NCBI RefSeq assembly: GCF_036971445.1
Contig: NC_091481.1
Location: forward strand, 10,106,001 to 10,170,000
DNA length: 64,000 bases
Reading direction: 5' to 3'
Source: Narcine bancroftii
Taxonomy: Eukaryota
The notes beneath the pieces were generated by a model. That model worked only from the letters and a program-made list of their open reading frames with translations, did not search any database and was not told the DNA's origin. Shown one piece after another: positions 25,155 through 37,185 of this stretch. The translations under genes and the position numbers were made by a program. Numbering within the stretch: the first letter of the stretch is position 1; the number at the start of each line of letters is the position of its first letter.

Positions 25155-25245
25155 ATGAAGCGACAGAGGATGGGAGGACTTCAGGCAATGATCGTTACAC
25201 TACTGACCACAATTGTGCACTGCAGTATTCACGTACAGCCAGAAG
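25155..25245 (+). CDS. col7a1-like: Collagen alpha-1(VII)-like, coding exon 1 (signal peptide); the exon probably begins at 25105
   Basis: MKRQRMGGLQAMIVTLLTTIVHCSIHVQPE has a basic N-terminus and hydrophobic core; A at -3. Donor AAG|GTATAT is phase 1, compatible with exon 49224. Pyrimidine tract plus TTCAG acceptor at 25104. 91 coding nt versus 85 in human COL7A1 exon 1. Confidence 0.7.
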
Positions 25246-25974
25246 GTATATCTTTCCTTAATAACATAAGAAATTTTGGTGGTCCTATTATTAACCACTT
25301 AAAGAAAAGTAGTTGGGCATTTAAAGAACTTACCCACAACATTCAGAGCTCCATTTATTATATCCAGTGCACACTTTAATCCCTGATGTGCTCACTGGTT
25401 TCAGACCTCAAGCTCCAAAGTTAAAAACATTGGAGATGGAACAAGCTGCGTGAGTTCCCAGATCCAAAGCCCATCTAACCTATGTCTGCCATCTTGCCCA
25501 TACCAAGGATCACATCAAGGAGAAGTTATAACAGAAAGGTTGGAATTACTTAGCATCTGCAGAGACAGACACACCATGCACGTTTTAGGATTTAATTTCA
25601 ACCCTAAATTTATCTCCACCATTGCTGGTAGACCTGTGGAGTATTTCCAGCATCTCTTTTTAATTTCTGATTGTCTGGATGTCTTTTTTTCTCACTTTTT
25701 AATACTGGCCATCGAACTTGTCTGCCTCACTAGTTTGTCAACAACGAGGTGAAGGGATTTGTAATAGATCAGCACACAGAAGGCATTTCCTTTATCCATT
25801 CATTTCCCTTTCAAAGGTCTGTGAGATATTTGAAGACTTGCAACATTCTTAAGGAATTTCATTATTTACAACTCCTGGGAAAGATTTTTTTTTACTGCAC
25901 AATGTGTCTTGAATTGCACACTGCTACAGGCACAAGAATGGGCCATTTGTACTGGTATTCATGTTTTTGTTAAA

Positions 25975-26125
25975 ACATGGAGATGCGAAGGAACTCAGCC
26001 AGCCTTGTAGTGCCCATAGGAGGTAAAGTTACTGACATTTCGGGTCTGAGCCCTTCCTCAAGGAGTTCTTCCAGTATCTCTGTTTTTACTACAATCACAT
26101 GTCTGCAGACTTGTTGTGTTTTACT
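25975..26125. mobile_element. Short rearranged Penelope pLTR derivative
   Basis: Minus strand CCTTGAGGAAGGGCTCAGACCCGAAATGTC (26032-26064) joined to a plus-strand pLTR end (CCAGTATCTCTGTTTTTACTACAATCAC). Confidence 0.6.
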
Positions 26126-26674
26126 TGTGTTTTTGTTGTACAAGAGCCAGCTAGTTCAATAACATTTTGCTGTTTGATCCCCATACTCATGATATCTATA
26201 ATGACACTTTTACAATACATTTTACATTGTTTAGCCCTAACCGATTGCATTTATTATACCATTAATTACTAAATTTGGGTAATTACTCTGGACTACTCAA
26301 AATGACTGCACCAAACTCAGAACATCTGGGAGATGGCAGAGTGCCGAGTGGAAACCTGGTAGTCATTACAGGTCAGTGAGAGTGAACAGTTCATGACAGC
26401 CAACAGAAATGATTCCAGGTTTATCCATTTATTTTATATAGTGTATGAAAAGACTAAAGACATTTATCTTTCTTGGGTTTTTATTTGCTGAAATGGTTGT
26501 CAACCCAGTCACTGACCTAAAGGCCAATTTATGATGAAGTTCAAGTTTATTAGAATTGGAATTTCTCGTCATGAACATTTCATGAAATTTGTCGTTTTGA
26601 GGCAGCATTACAGATGCAAATATTGCAATATTGTTTAGCTCTAACTGATTGCATTTATTATACCAATAGTTATA

Positions 26675-27405
26675 AAATAATTATTATCATCTGACTGCAC
26701 ATGTACGACAGGACAGAATTTCTCCAGACCACAGTACACAAACAATGCACAATAATCATGTATATACATAAAGACATAATTTAAAATAAATATGTATGTA
26801 ATATTTTAGGATGATTGACTTGGTTACAGGATTTGGTTCATCAATCTCTCAGTCTACGGCAAAAAGTTATTTCCCAGCAGTCATACCTGATTTTGATGCC
26901 CCTGTGCCTCCTTTCTGATGGTAGTGGGTCAAAGATACTATGTGCTAGATGGAAATGGTTCTCTATAATTCATAGAGGTATATTTAAGCAACACTCCTGG
27001 TAAATGTCAGCATTAGAGGAAAGGGAGACTGAGGTGATATTCTTAGCCGTTTTGATGATCCTCTGTATTGACATCTGGTCCGATATTTTGCAGCTACTGT
27101 TCCACACGATGATGTAGCCATCAAGACATTCTCAATGGTGCTGCTACAAAAGGTTGTCAAGATGGGAACTGGAACCCTTGCCTTCCTTAGCAAGTATAGG
27201 TGGTGCCACACCTATCTAAGTAATGAGAAGATATTTTGGGTCCAGGATAGGTTTCCTTTTATAGTCTCATCAAGGAACTTTGTGGTCTCCACTCTCTTCA
27301 CTGATGTGTAATACAGAGAGGTCGTCCTGCTGAAGTCTACAATCATCTCCTATTTCTTGTCCATGTTGAGACTTTATGAGTCTTCCAGCCTCCTCTCTGT
27401 AAATG
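26675..27405 (-). mobile_element. Rex1/Babar-like LINE 3' fragment
   Basis: Minus translation HLYLLRK..ILTTFCSSTIENVL, the FYR..IESIL-type C-terminal domain. Confidence 0.75.
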
Positions 27406-27597
27406 ATCAGTAATTAACATGATACATTTCTCTATAGCATGTGCATTTGCACATCTTGATCAGATTTAAATTGTTAGGAACTTCATTTCCCCACTAATGA
27501 TCCAGATGTTCTGAGTTAATTTCAGTTATTTTCAGTAGTCCACAAGCAGACTGCAATTAGTTCGCGTTCAGTAATTAGGATTGAACACCTAAGCTAT

Positions 27598-28186
27598 CAC
27601 TGGCAATTTTGACCCGTACTCTGGTACATTGTCCAACCCTCCCTGACCTACGCACCACGCAACTGTAATATGGAAAATTGTTTCTGATATTGATATCTTG
27701 TACTATCACAAATCCAATTTCTGAGCTCAGTTCTTTGGCATTGGACACAGTTCACATTACAAATTCTGAGCTTGCTGGTAGAGTGAGATAGTGGAGGAAA
27801 TGCATTGTTTCAAGTCTATACTTCATCTCAGGGACTAATTTTTGTTTGTACTCAGTATTTGATACTTCTCGCGTCAGTGTCCAACAGTGGTGGGCCAGCA
27901 TTATTGGATTCCAGTTGCCCTGATACCATTTTTTCCTGGTGAAACCTTTCACCGTATTCATCACTGACTGCACCTCGTAGGGAATTCGTCCAAGTACGAA
28001 TGCAGAAAATGAATTTTCAATGTCATGCTGCTCTTCATGGTTTGTATGTTTGAAGTAGACTTAAAGTATGACAGGAAATCACAAAAATAGGTTATAATGA
28101 AAAAAAGGTACACAATAGGAAAATTTTAAGGTGATTTTCGTGATCATAAAATATACCCAAAAGTGTTCAGGAAGTATTGTCCAGTG
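27598..28186 (-). mobile_element. Chapaev3-like (CMC) non-autonomous DNA transposon
   Basis: Minus strand begins CACTGGACAA and is colinear with 44623-45010. Transposase C-terminal remnant LKIHFLHSYLD..AVSDEYGERFHQ..WYQGNWNPIMLAHHCWTL. Left boundary (CACTGG at 27598) is tentative. Confidence 0.7.
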
Positions 28187-28869
28187 TAATTAATACCTCT
28201 TGACCTGTCTCACCTCCTCTTTACAATTACACTTGAGATGACATGATGATGAGATGAAAGCTTACTGACATATCCATAAATATAATGTATAGATGAACCG
28301 AAGTTCTTTCTTGCTGCTGCTAAACAGATAAACAAGATGAAGCAATAGTATAAATTAAATTATGACAATATGCCATGAGACAGAGTAAGAGAAAATAAAT
28401 ATACAAGGATATAAAAATAAATATTCACAGATGCAATTAATGCAAGAAAAAAGCATTTCAATAGCACATAATAATGAAAATCTTAAAGCATTTTCTGTTT
28501 TTATTTCAGTTATGCATACAAATCTTTTAGTGATTCTGGCTTTTTACACAGAAAATCCACTTAAGTGGTATGTGATTGACCCGTCTTTAAAGGCAGTTTG
28601 AGCCGTTCACACTGAACCAAGAAATCTTTTACATAAGCAAGCCAGCATTCCTGGAGCAAAAGGAGGCAGGACCTGTAGCATTGCAGTGTCAGCGTCCTGT
28701 GTGAACCCTTTTAGACAGAAACCGTTGCAAAATGCATCAGCTCTGATACTACCTACTTTGTTTAAGAATGGGTCATTTGGGGAGGTTCAAGAGCACTTTG
28801 TAGCTGAGTTAGAAAGTTGTGGATTAGTGTGCTATCTTTTGAATAATTCATTAATCTTAAAGCATAGCT

Positions 28870-29355
28870 TCCCTCTCACATCTACATAAAAGATTCCACA
28901 TCACTGTTTGAAGAGACGTCTCAACTGTGTTTGGACCAGTTCCTCCTCTCAATTCACATCACAAGAAGCAGATCACCTGGTTATTCTCTCTACTGTTTGT
29001 GTGATCCTGCTCTGTGGAAATTGGCAGCCACATTTCTTTATTGCAACAGTAACTTGAAAGGCTATTTTTGTTTAGATAAACAGCATGGTAACCAGCCATT
29101 CTGGCCCATGAGCCCATGCTGCCAAAATCCCCCAATTTACCTTCAGCCCCCATATGTTTTGAAGGGTGGGAAGCAACTAGCACACCAGGATGAAATCCAC
29201 GCAGACAGAGGGGAAAACATACAAACTCCCTACACACATCACCAGGTTCAAACTCTAGTCACTGGAACTGTAACAGCATCGTACTAACCATGCTGCCCCC
29301 AATTTATTGCCTGTAATGTTCTTTGGATCGTCTGACGTTGTGAAAGCCTCTGTGT
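28870..29355 (+). mobile_element. Deu-domain SINE split by a minus-strand V-SINE (~29065-29300)
   Basis: CTGTTTGTGTGATCCTGCTCTGTGGAAATTGGCAGCCACATTTC..GCAACAGTAACT resumes after 29300 as ATTGCCTGTAATGTTCTTTGGATCGTCTGACGTTGTGAAAG. Confidence 0.6.
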
Positions 29356-30561
29356 CATTTACTCCTCCCTTACTAATTTCAGATTGTCTATATAGGAATA
29401 TATCAAATTTGAAATAAGAATGAACTTGACTAATTTCTTAATCTTATAATTAAAAATGTGCATTCAAATTCTACTCCAAGGATGTGCATACAAAATCTAG
29501 ACTGACATGCCACATCTTGACTGAAATACAACATCTAGGCTGTCATGCCACTGCAGCGACAATGAAGTGAGTTGAAGAAGATCCCTCATATAAATTTTCT
29601 GCACTTTGGAAACAAATGTCTCATTTTCCAATGGATATTCAGGGCTATGATGGCTAGATTTTAAGACAATGGGGGAATGAAAGATCATGGGAAATAGGCA
29701 AGAAGTGGAATTGAGGCCAAAGATGAAATATCAGCCATAAACTTATTGATGTTTGAAGCATATTCAAAGGGTTATTTCACCAAATGGTTCTTCAGAGGCT
29801 TAATGAAGAAACACATCGTATTATTTATTTTGCCTGCTTTCCAATGAGGAATTTTTGCAAAGGTCTGCCAATGTGCATACCTGGACTATTACTACTGGTA
29901 TTTACCTATTACAATTCGATTAACTATGTGCAATGAAGGTTTTTTGAAAAAAGGCAAAATGTCAAAGTATCTTCAGGTTTAATAATTTGTGATCTTTAAC
30001 ACGTGGACTTGGAGACAATGGATAATGTGTGTGTTTTGCATAACATTATTGATAAAGACTTAGACAAAAATAAACTGTGTTGAACAGAGGTTTAGGAGCA
30101 CATAAATCCTCCGCTCAGTCTGTAAGGATACCCTGGAGCTTCCAGGTGTCTGTAACAAAGTATCCATCCCACATTTTTCTCATGCTTCTCCTCTGCTCTG
30201 ATATACGATTTCAATGAGGTAACTACGTTTGAGGTACATCTACTCTTCTAACTTGGCACATTGCAACCTTGATGGTCTTCCATTTACAGTATTTCAAATA
30301 ACTGGACAGTTTCTGAGAAAGATCATCAACTGCCAACTTTTCTCTCCAGAGAGGGTGCCTGAAATGCTGAATATTTCAAGCATTTTTCTCTGTTATTTTT
30401 GATCTGGCATACTTGCATTTTTCGTTTGGTTTCTATTATTGCTGATTGAAGAGGGCACTGTAGACATTGGAGAGCTTTGATGCATGTCGAGTGGAGGGTA
30501 GGAAAATACTGCAGGAAAAAAAAACCTTGAGTAAAAAAGTGAGGTGGGAATATTGTGATTT

Positions 30562-31365
30562 CAAGTCAAGTTTATTGTCATCTGTTACACAATTACAACC
30601 CGACAAGTGATTATCAGTCCTCAATGCAAAACATGCAAACATACAACACAAATACAATACATAGGGAGGACAAATATTTCATCTATACAAATAAATAAAT
30701 AAATAAATTTTGTTTCAGGGACATTATAGTCTCGGATAGTTAGTGTGAGCAGTTCCTTTGGTCATTTAGCATTCCTCAACCTGGTGGTGTTGGTTCTGAT
30801 ATTCCTGTATCTCTTTCCTGACAGGAGCAGCTGAAAGATGATGTGTGCAGGGTGGAAGGGGTCCTCCATGATTTTGCATTCCCTTTTCAGAAAATGATCC
30901 CAGTAGATCATCTCATTGGGGTCGGAATGGGGATTCCAGTGATGCTCTTTGCCACTCTTCTTGTCCTGTGAATTGATCTCTGATTCATTTCTCTGCAGCA
31001 ACCAGAGAAGCAAGACAGGACACCCTTGATAGAGCTTCTATAGAAGGTTGATATAATGGCAGATGGTAGCTTTGCTCACTTCAGTCTTCTCAGGAAGTGC
31101 AGTCATTGTTGTGCTTTCCTGACAAGTGAGGAGATGTTGTGTGTCCACAATAGGTCACCAGTTAAGTGAAGTCCAAGGAACTTGGGGCTGTCCACTCTCT
31201 ACTAACGAGTTATTGATGTGTAGTGGATGGTGGTCATTTTTGGTCCTCCTGAAGTCCACAATCATTTCCTTTGACTTGTCCATGTTGAGCCCCTCGCACA
31301 ATTTCATGAAATTTTCCACCTCTTTTCTGTAGAGCAACTCATCATTGTTGCTGATGAGGCCAACA
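30562..31365 (-). mobile_element. Rex1/Babar-like LINE 3' fragment
   Basis: Minus translations LNMDKSKEMIVDFRR and DPFHPAHIIFQLLLSGKRYRNIRTNTTRLRN; (ACTTG)n-type tail. Confidence 0.85.
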
Positions 31366-31964
31366 TGCTATAGAGAAATAATCTAAGGAGAAATGTACAG
31401 GAGAAAAAATACAAGGACAGGCAGCTAACAGACATACTGACTGACAAACCAAGACAGAGCCACAGAAAGATCTATGTGGAAAAAAATAGGGACGTATACC
31501 AGCATAGGAGACAGTTAAAACATCTAGTGTGTGTGTGTTTTATGCCATGACGTTCCCTTTAGGTAAGGCAGTATTGATGAAGGCAGGTGTTAAACATGTG
31601 ACTTGATGGGGCCCCCAAGTATCTGCCTTGGGTTTGAAACAGGTGTTTAAAAAGCTCTCTGGAAATTGTTTATATGGACTCTACCATTTGAGGAAACAGT
31701 GAAACTTATACAGGTAAGAAAGAGGTTAAAAAGATTTTTTTTTAATTTCTGAAAAATGAGAATGTAAGAATTAGAAGGGGCAAGAGCCAATGAGATCTTC
31801 AAAAGAGTATAATTAGCATGGGACTTGGATTGGAACGGAACTCCACCATCAAGATATCAGACTAGAAACTTGATGGCTCGTTCCCTGTTTGTCAGGCATA
31901 AAAATAACACCTTAACATCCAATCTGAGGGATGGAGTTTGGTTGCACACTTAAAAGGGTGAAAC

Positions 31965-32287
31965 AACGGTGCAGTTGTACAACCGCTGGCTCACAGAGTC
32001 AGAGATCCTGGTTCAATTCTGACCACCGGTTCTGACTGTGTAGACTTTGCATATTTTCCCTATGACTGTGTTGTTTTCCTCGAGGTGCTTTGCTTTTCTC
32101 TCACATTTCAAAACATGTGGATGGGTAGGTTCATTGGCTTCTGTAAATTGCTCCAGAGAATTTGCATGGAGTTGACAAAATTGATGAATTGAAGGGAGAA
32201 CAGAAACATAACATCGGATCAGTATAAAGGCATGGTTGATGGTCGGTGTGGATTCAAAGGCCAAATAACCTGTTTCTGTGTTGTATC
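31965..32287 (+). mobile_element. V-SINE with CR1-derived tail (HE1-like)
   Basis: Box B GGTTCAATTC, V-domain, and tail GGGCC/AAATAACCTGTTTCTGTGTTGTATCT. Confidence 0.7.
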
Positions 32288-32289
32288 TT

Positions 32290-33560
32290 CAGATTTATTG
32301 TCAGAGTACATATACGACATCACATACAACCCTGAGATTCTTTTCCTGCAGGCCAGGCAGAATTATCTCTTATTGGTAATGCAAAAAAAACTGTACATAA
32401 CATACACATGTAAACAAATAAAGAAATGTCAACAAATTGTGCAATACAGAGAGAATAATAAAAAAAATCAATGAAGTGCAAAAGTAAGAGTCCCTAAATG
32501 AATCTATAGCTTTTTTTCCACGAGCATCCCAGTTAATTAGCCGTGCAGTATTCCAGGATAGGAAGCCATTTATGCTGTTTCCACTGGGCCCTGACTGCTT
32601 TTCCACTGAACACAACTCATCCCCAGGGATAGGAGAGTCTACCTTCAACCAGAAACAGGTGACTTTCTGCTGTCCTTTTTCCACTGGTTTAATCAGCACG
32701 TTGGCATCAGGTGATGCCGGGGATATGAGTAGGGGTGAGGCCATCAATCCCTGGCATGATTCGACATCATTTATCACTAGAGTGTCAATTGTTTTCTTTT
32801 CCACTGAACGCTGTCCCGATTAATTCCCCATTTATTCCTGGGTCAAGGTGCAAGTGGAAAAGGGATTATGATTGAGTTTGTTGTCGTGGAGTCTAACGGT
32901 GGAGGGGAAGGAGCTGTTCCTGAACCTGGTGGTGCGAGTCTTGTGGCTCCTGACTCTTTCCTGATGGTAGCAGCGAGGACAGAGTATGTTCTGGGTGGTT
33001 GCTGCTGCTCTCTGACAGCAGCGTTTCCTGTAGATGTTCTCAATGGTGGCAAGGGTTTTGTCTGTGGTGTCCTGGGCTATGTCCACTACTTTTGGAGGGC
33101 TTTATACAGCACACTTTCCACTGCACATCTCTAGAAATTTGCAGGTTTCCAATGTCATACCAAACTCTGCGAACTCCTGAGGAAGTAGAGGCACTGATGT
33201 GCTTTCTTCATGATGCCATTAGAGTGTTGGGTCCAGGAAAGATCCTCTGAGATAGTGACTCCAAAGAACTTAAATTTGCTCTCCCTCTCCACCTCTGATC
33301 CCCCAATGATCACTGAATCATATACCTCTGACTTTCACTTCCTCAAGTCAGGAATCAGCTCCTAGGTTTTGCTGATATTAAGTGCAAGGTTGATGTTGGT
33401 GCTCTATTTAATTAAGTTTTCATCGCCTTTTTCTATACAACCTAATACCGTGATATCATCGGCAAATTGGTGGGTTGTGTTATTGTTATACCAAGCCACA
33501 GTTGTAGGTGTAAAGTGAGTAGAGCAGGGGGCTAAGAAAGCAGCCCTGTGGTGCCCCAGT
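32290..33560 (-). mobile_element. Rex1/Babar-like LINE fragment interrupted by a MITE
   Basis: Minus translations IENIYRKRC and RTTRFRNS; RT FADD-like region near 33450; colinear with 57029-57700 and 63190-63748. Confidence 0.85.
32508..32866. mobile_element. PIF/Harbinger-type MITE
   Basis: TIRs AGCTTTTTTTCCAC / GTGGAAAAGGGAT; 3-bp TSD TAT (32505-32507, 32867-32869). The empty site is visible in sister Rex1 copies at ~57220 and ~63370. Internal TTTCCACTG repeats. Confidence 0.75.
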
Positions 33561-33990
33561 CTCTATGATATCACAAGTTCAATGCTATTAAATTATTCCA
33601 GACTCTTCTGAAGATGTACAATGCACATGCCATAGTTATTTAAATGGTGATTATTCAAATATGGTTGCAACATAACTTGTATGATCCTCTATGATACCGT
33701 ATCCCTCCCTCCCCATCTTCACCCTGTGCGGCCACATCAGCTGCTAGCTCGTGGCTCTAAGAATCAGGAATAACCGTTCAACAAGATTGTTAAAAACCTT
33801 ATCCACTCCATATGGATGATTGATAGTTTGTCACAACCTCTAAGTGTTCTGTGACTTTTTTCTCCCATATGTAAGAAGATTTTACTTAGTAAGTTTTTCT
33901 GCACACCTTGCTTGTGCCAGGAGGTGAGAAAGGCTCTCAACATAAAACATAATACTTAGTTTCTCTGTGGATAGCATAAAGAAACTAATA

Positions 33991-34207
33991 AAGCAGAAAT
34001 GTCTGCAGACATCATAGTTGAAGTAAAAACACAATGGTGAAGAAACTCAGCTGGTCAAACAGTGTACTCTATACAGCAAAGATAAATACATCACCATCTT
34101 GCTTTGATGAAGGGCTCAAGCCCAAAACGTTGGTTCTGTATCTTTCTTTGCTATATAAAAGGTACACTGTTTGACCTGCTGAGTTCTCCGCCATTGGGTT
34201 TTTACTT
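33991..34207. mobile_element. Fold-back Penelope pLTR mini-element with hammerhead-like core
   Basis: Inverted arms 34021-34095 and 34130-34207 enclose TTGATGAAGGGCTCAAGCCCAAAAC; flanking direct repeat ATAGCATAAA(A)GAARCTAA at 33971 and 34208. Confidence 0.7.
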
Positions 34208-35289
34208 ATAGCATAAAAGAAGCTAACAGGATAAGATGTAACTTGGGTTTTACTCCTTCCTTGCTTTTCTTCTCTATTAAACTCAATGAAAAGTAATATC
34301 CAGGTGGGTATAAAACCAATTTGTAGTCATCAACCAGTCATGAGTCATAGAACATGAGAGCGACCCTTCAGCTCAACATTTATAGAATCCTGCTGTGTAT
34401 AAAATGGATGCTATGACTTGCTGCCTAAGAGCACGATAATATTTAGATGTAAAATAGTTTGGAAATCCTTGAGCAATGTAATAAAATATCAGAGATAAGA
34501 GCACCTGCTTTGGATGAGGGTGAACGAAGTTTAAAAATGCATAAAAATTTAATTTTAATTATTTGGCATATCATAACCAAGTAGGTTGACAGATGGAGAT
34601 CCAAGAGTAACTGCTCAACACATAATGGGTAATCATATCAAATACCTCCATGTGCAGTGCAATCAGACATCTGCTGAAGTTGCATCTTGCACCAACATCT
34701 CACATTACACTCTACTGCAAAGATAATTTAACACTTAGAAAGTGATATACTTGAATGATGTGTACTTGCATTTCATTTGTGAGGAATCCAATGGCTGAGA
34801 AATGAAACACGGTTCTTCTTCAGGTATACTAGATGGACATGAGGAATTCCTAGCTGAAGTATAGACTGCGTTAAATTACTCTGTTATGGAAATGTGACTC
34901 TCTTTCAACTTCAGGTAATTCCCCAAAGCAACATTATGAGAATATTACATTCTCTGGGATTGCAGCCATGAAGTGTTATGTTCTGAAACTGTTTTATTTT
35001 TAATCCATGCAGAGGCCTTGAAAGGCTCTATATCAATGAAAATTTTTGTTTAATGCTTTAAACGCTGCTGCTGGAAAGTGTAGGAGTGGGTGGGTGAGAA
35101 CTGGATTGGTAAACTTTTAACTCTTTTTCTTTGTCACCTTTTAACCCATTTAACTTCTAATATCTCTATATCGTTCTCTGTTATTTGGAAATATCGTAAA
35201 ACATGCCACCACTTTATATGCAAGTTGTTTTGAGGGTTGGTGCCCCTTATCTTATACATCAAATAGCTCCCAGCATTCACTGCTTCATC

Positions 35290-35750
35290 CTTTCACAGAG
35301 CCACCCCACCCTCCCCCCCAAACTTTTTTGTGTGCTCTCCCTCCCTTATCCACCTATTACCTCCTGCTTGTAGGACTGTGCTCCTCCCCCCCCCCCCCCA
35401 CCACCACCATTTTGTTTGAGCGCCTATCTATATAAAGTCCACTGTTTGACCTGCTGAGTTTCTCCAGCATTGTGGTTTCACTCAGCATTCACTGTACTGG
35501 ATAAATGGCCATTCATGAATGGTATTCTGGAACTACTAGGAGTTTCCCCAGCAGTAACAGTTAGCCTCAGAACAGAAAATGAAGCATACTCAAGAGCAAT
35601 GCAGTGGAGCAGCAATTAATGGTTCTGCTTTACATTTCCTAGTATCTGGGTTCAATTAAGGCTCAACCCGAAACGTTGGTTATGTATCTTTATCTTTGCT
35701 AGAAAAGTACACTGTTTGACCTGCTAAATTTCTCCAGCGTCGTGTTTTTA
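35290..35750 (+). mobile_element. Two Penelope pLTR fragments (35290-35482 and 35658-35750)
   Basis: Match 59080-59295; AAGGCTCAACCCGAAACGTTGG at 35659. Confidence 0.65.
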
Positions 35751-35949
35751 TTTTATTATTTGCCTGGATATGAGTTTGCATGATTTGCACTGAGGACTGG
35801 AGAAAGCTGTTTCATCGCGTTGGACTTGTGCAAGCAGATGATAAATAAACAAACTTGAACTTGAAAAAAATTACCCTTTAGAATAGCAAAGTAGTAAAAA
35901 AAAAACCAACAGGGAATTAATGGGGATGTGGGATTAGAGAAATAAAAAT

Positions 35950-37185
35950 GAGGGTAGTGGAATAGTTCCTTTGATGAACATTGTATTTTTGAAAAGTGGA
36001 CAACTGGATGGTCAATTTCATCATGTTTTTGTAACAAAACTGCACCTGCTTCCCCTTCCCTGGCATCCACTGTTAAAGACAATGGTCTGTCAAAATTAGG
36101 AGATTTTAAAACAGGGTAATGACATAGTATCTCCTTTAAAATTTCTAAAGATCTCTGACAAACTTTTGTCCACACAAATTTCTCCCCTCTCTTCAAAATA
36201 TTGGTTAAAGGAAAAGCAACTTCAGCAAAATTTCCTATAATATCTGACCATTCCTAAAAACCTTCTCATCACTTTCTTGCCATTGAGAATAGGACATTCA
36301 GAAATTGCATTCACCCTAGTTTGAATAGGTGCAACTTTGCCATGACCAATTACATGACCTAAGTATGTCACAGTAGCATGTCCAAATTCACTTTTAGCTT
36401 AATTGACAGTTAAGTTTGCTTTGGATAATCTTGCAAACAATTTGAACAATTCCCTCAGATGTTCTTCCCATGTGTCACTTTTTGTGACCAAGTCATCAAT
36501 ATAAGCATCTATATGTGTCAAACCTTGGATTACTGAATTTATCATCCTTTGCAGAGGCATTTTTCGTCCCAAAGGTAACACATTATATTTGTATAAACCA
36601 GATGATGTCACAAATGCAGAAATAATCCTTCCTCTCTCAGTTAGAGGCACACACCAGTAACCCTTCAACAAATCCATTTTAGTAAGAAATTTAGCTTTCC
36701 AAATTTTATCAATATAATCATCAATTCTAGGAATAGGATAAGCATCCATTTTAGTTACTGAATTAACCTTCCTGAAATCTGTACAGAACCTAACAATTCC
36801 ATCTGTTTTAGATACCAGAATATAAGGAGAATCTGAGTTTGAAGGTCTAATAATACCATTTTTCAACATATATTCCACCTCCTGATCCTTGATTTTAATC
36901 TTATGAATGTTTATTCTATATGGGTTTTGCTTCTCCCACATTCAAATCATGACAAATTATTGACATCTTTTTTGGCACATTAGGAAACAAATTTGCATAT
37001 TTCAGAAGTAACTGCTTCTGTTCATGTGATTTAAGATGGCCTAACTTTTCCTTCAGATTTTCCAAAATTGCTGAGTTAGACAAGCACACAGGTTTCTTTA
37101 AGGTTACCCTCACAAGATTCTGTTTCCATAACTTATGATCCATAACTTCCTCAACTCTGTTAACAACTAACAACTCTGATACAGA
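35950..37185 (-). mobile_element. Ty3/Gypsy LTR-retrotransposon pol fragment (RT-RNase H), frameshifted, possibly Gmr1-like
   Basis: RFCTDFRKVN, YPIPRIDD, DLLKGYW and AYIDDL (36399-36941); RNase H LTVDA..AGAVLLQ..HPV (to ~35990); no LTRs recognised. Confidence 0.9.

Noticed and set aside
28530-28775. Second Harbinger-like MITE (repeated TTTTACACAG-type motifs)
   Set aside because: I could not define matching TIRs or a TSD by eye
35950-37185. Domesticated Gypsy-derived host gene
   Set aside because: Multiple frameshifts and truncation at both ends indicate a decayed fragment
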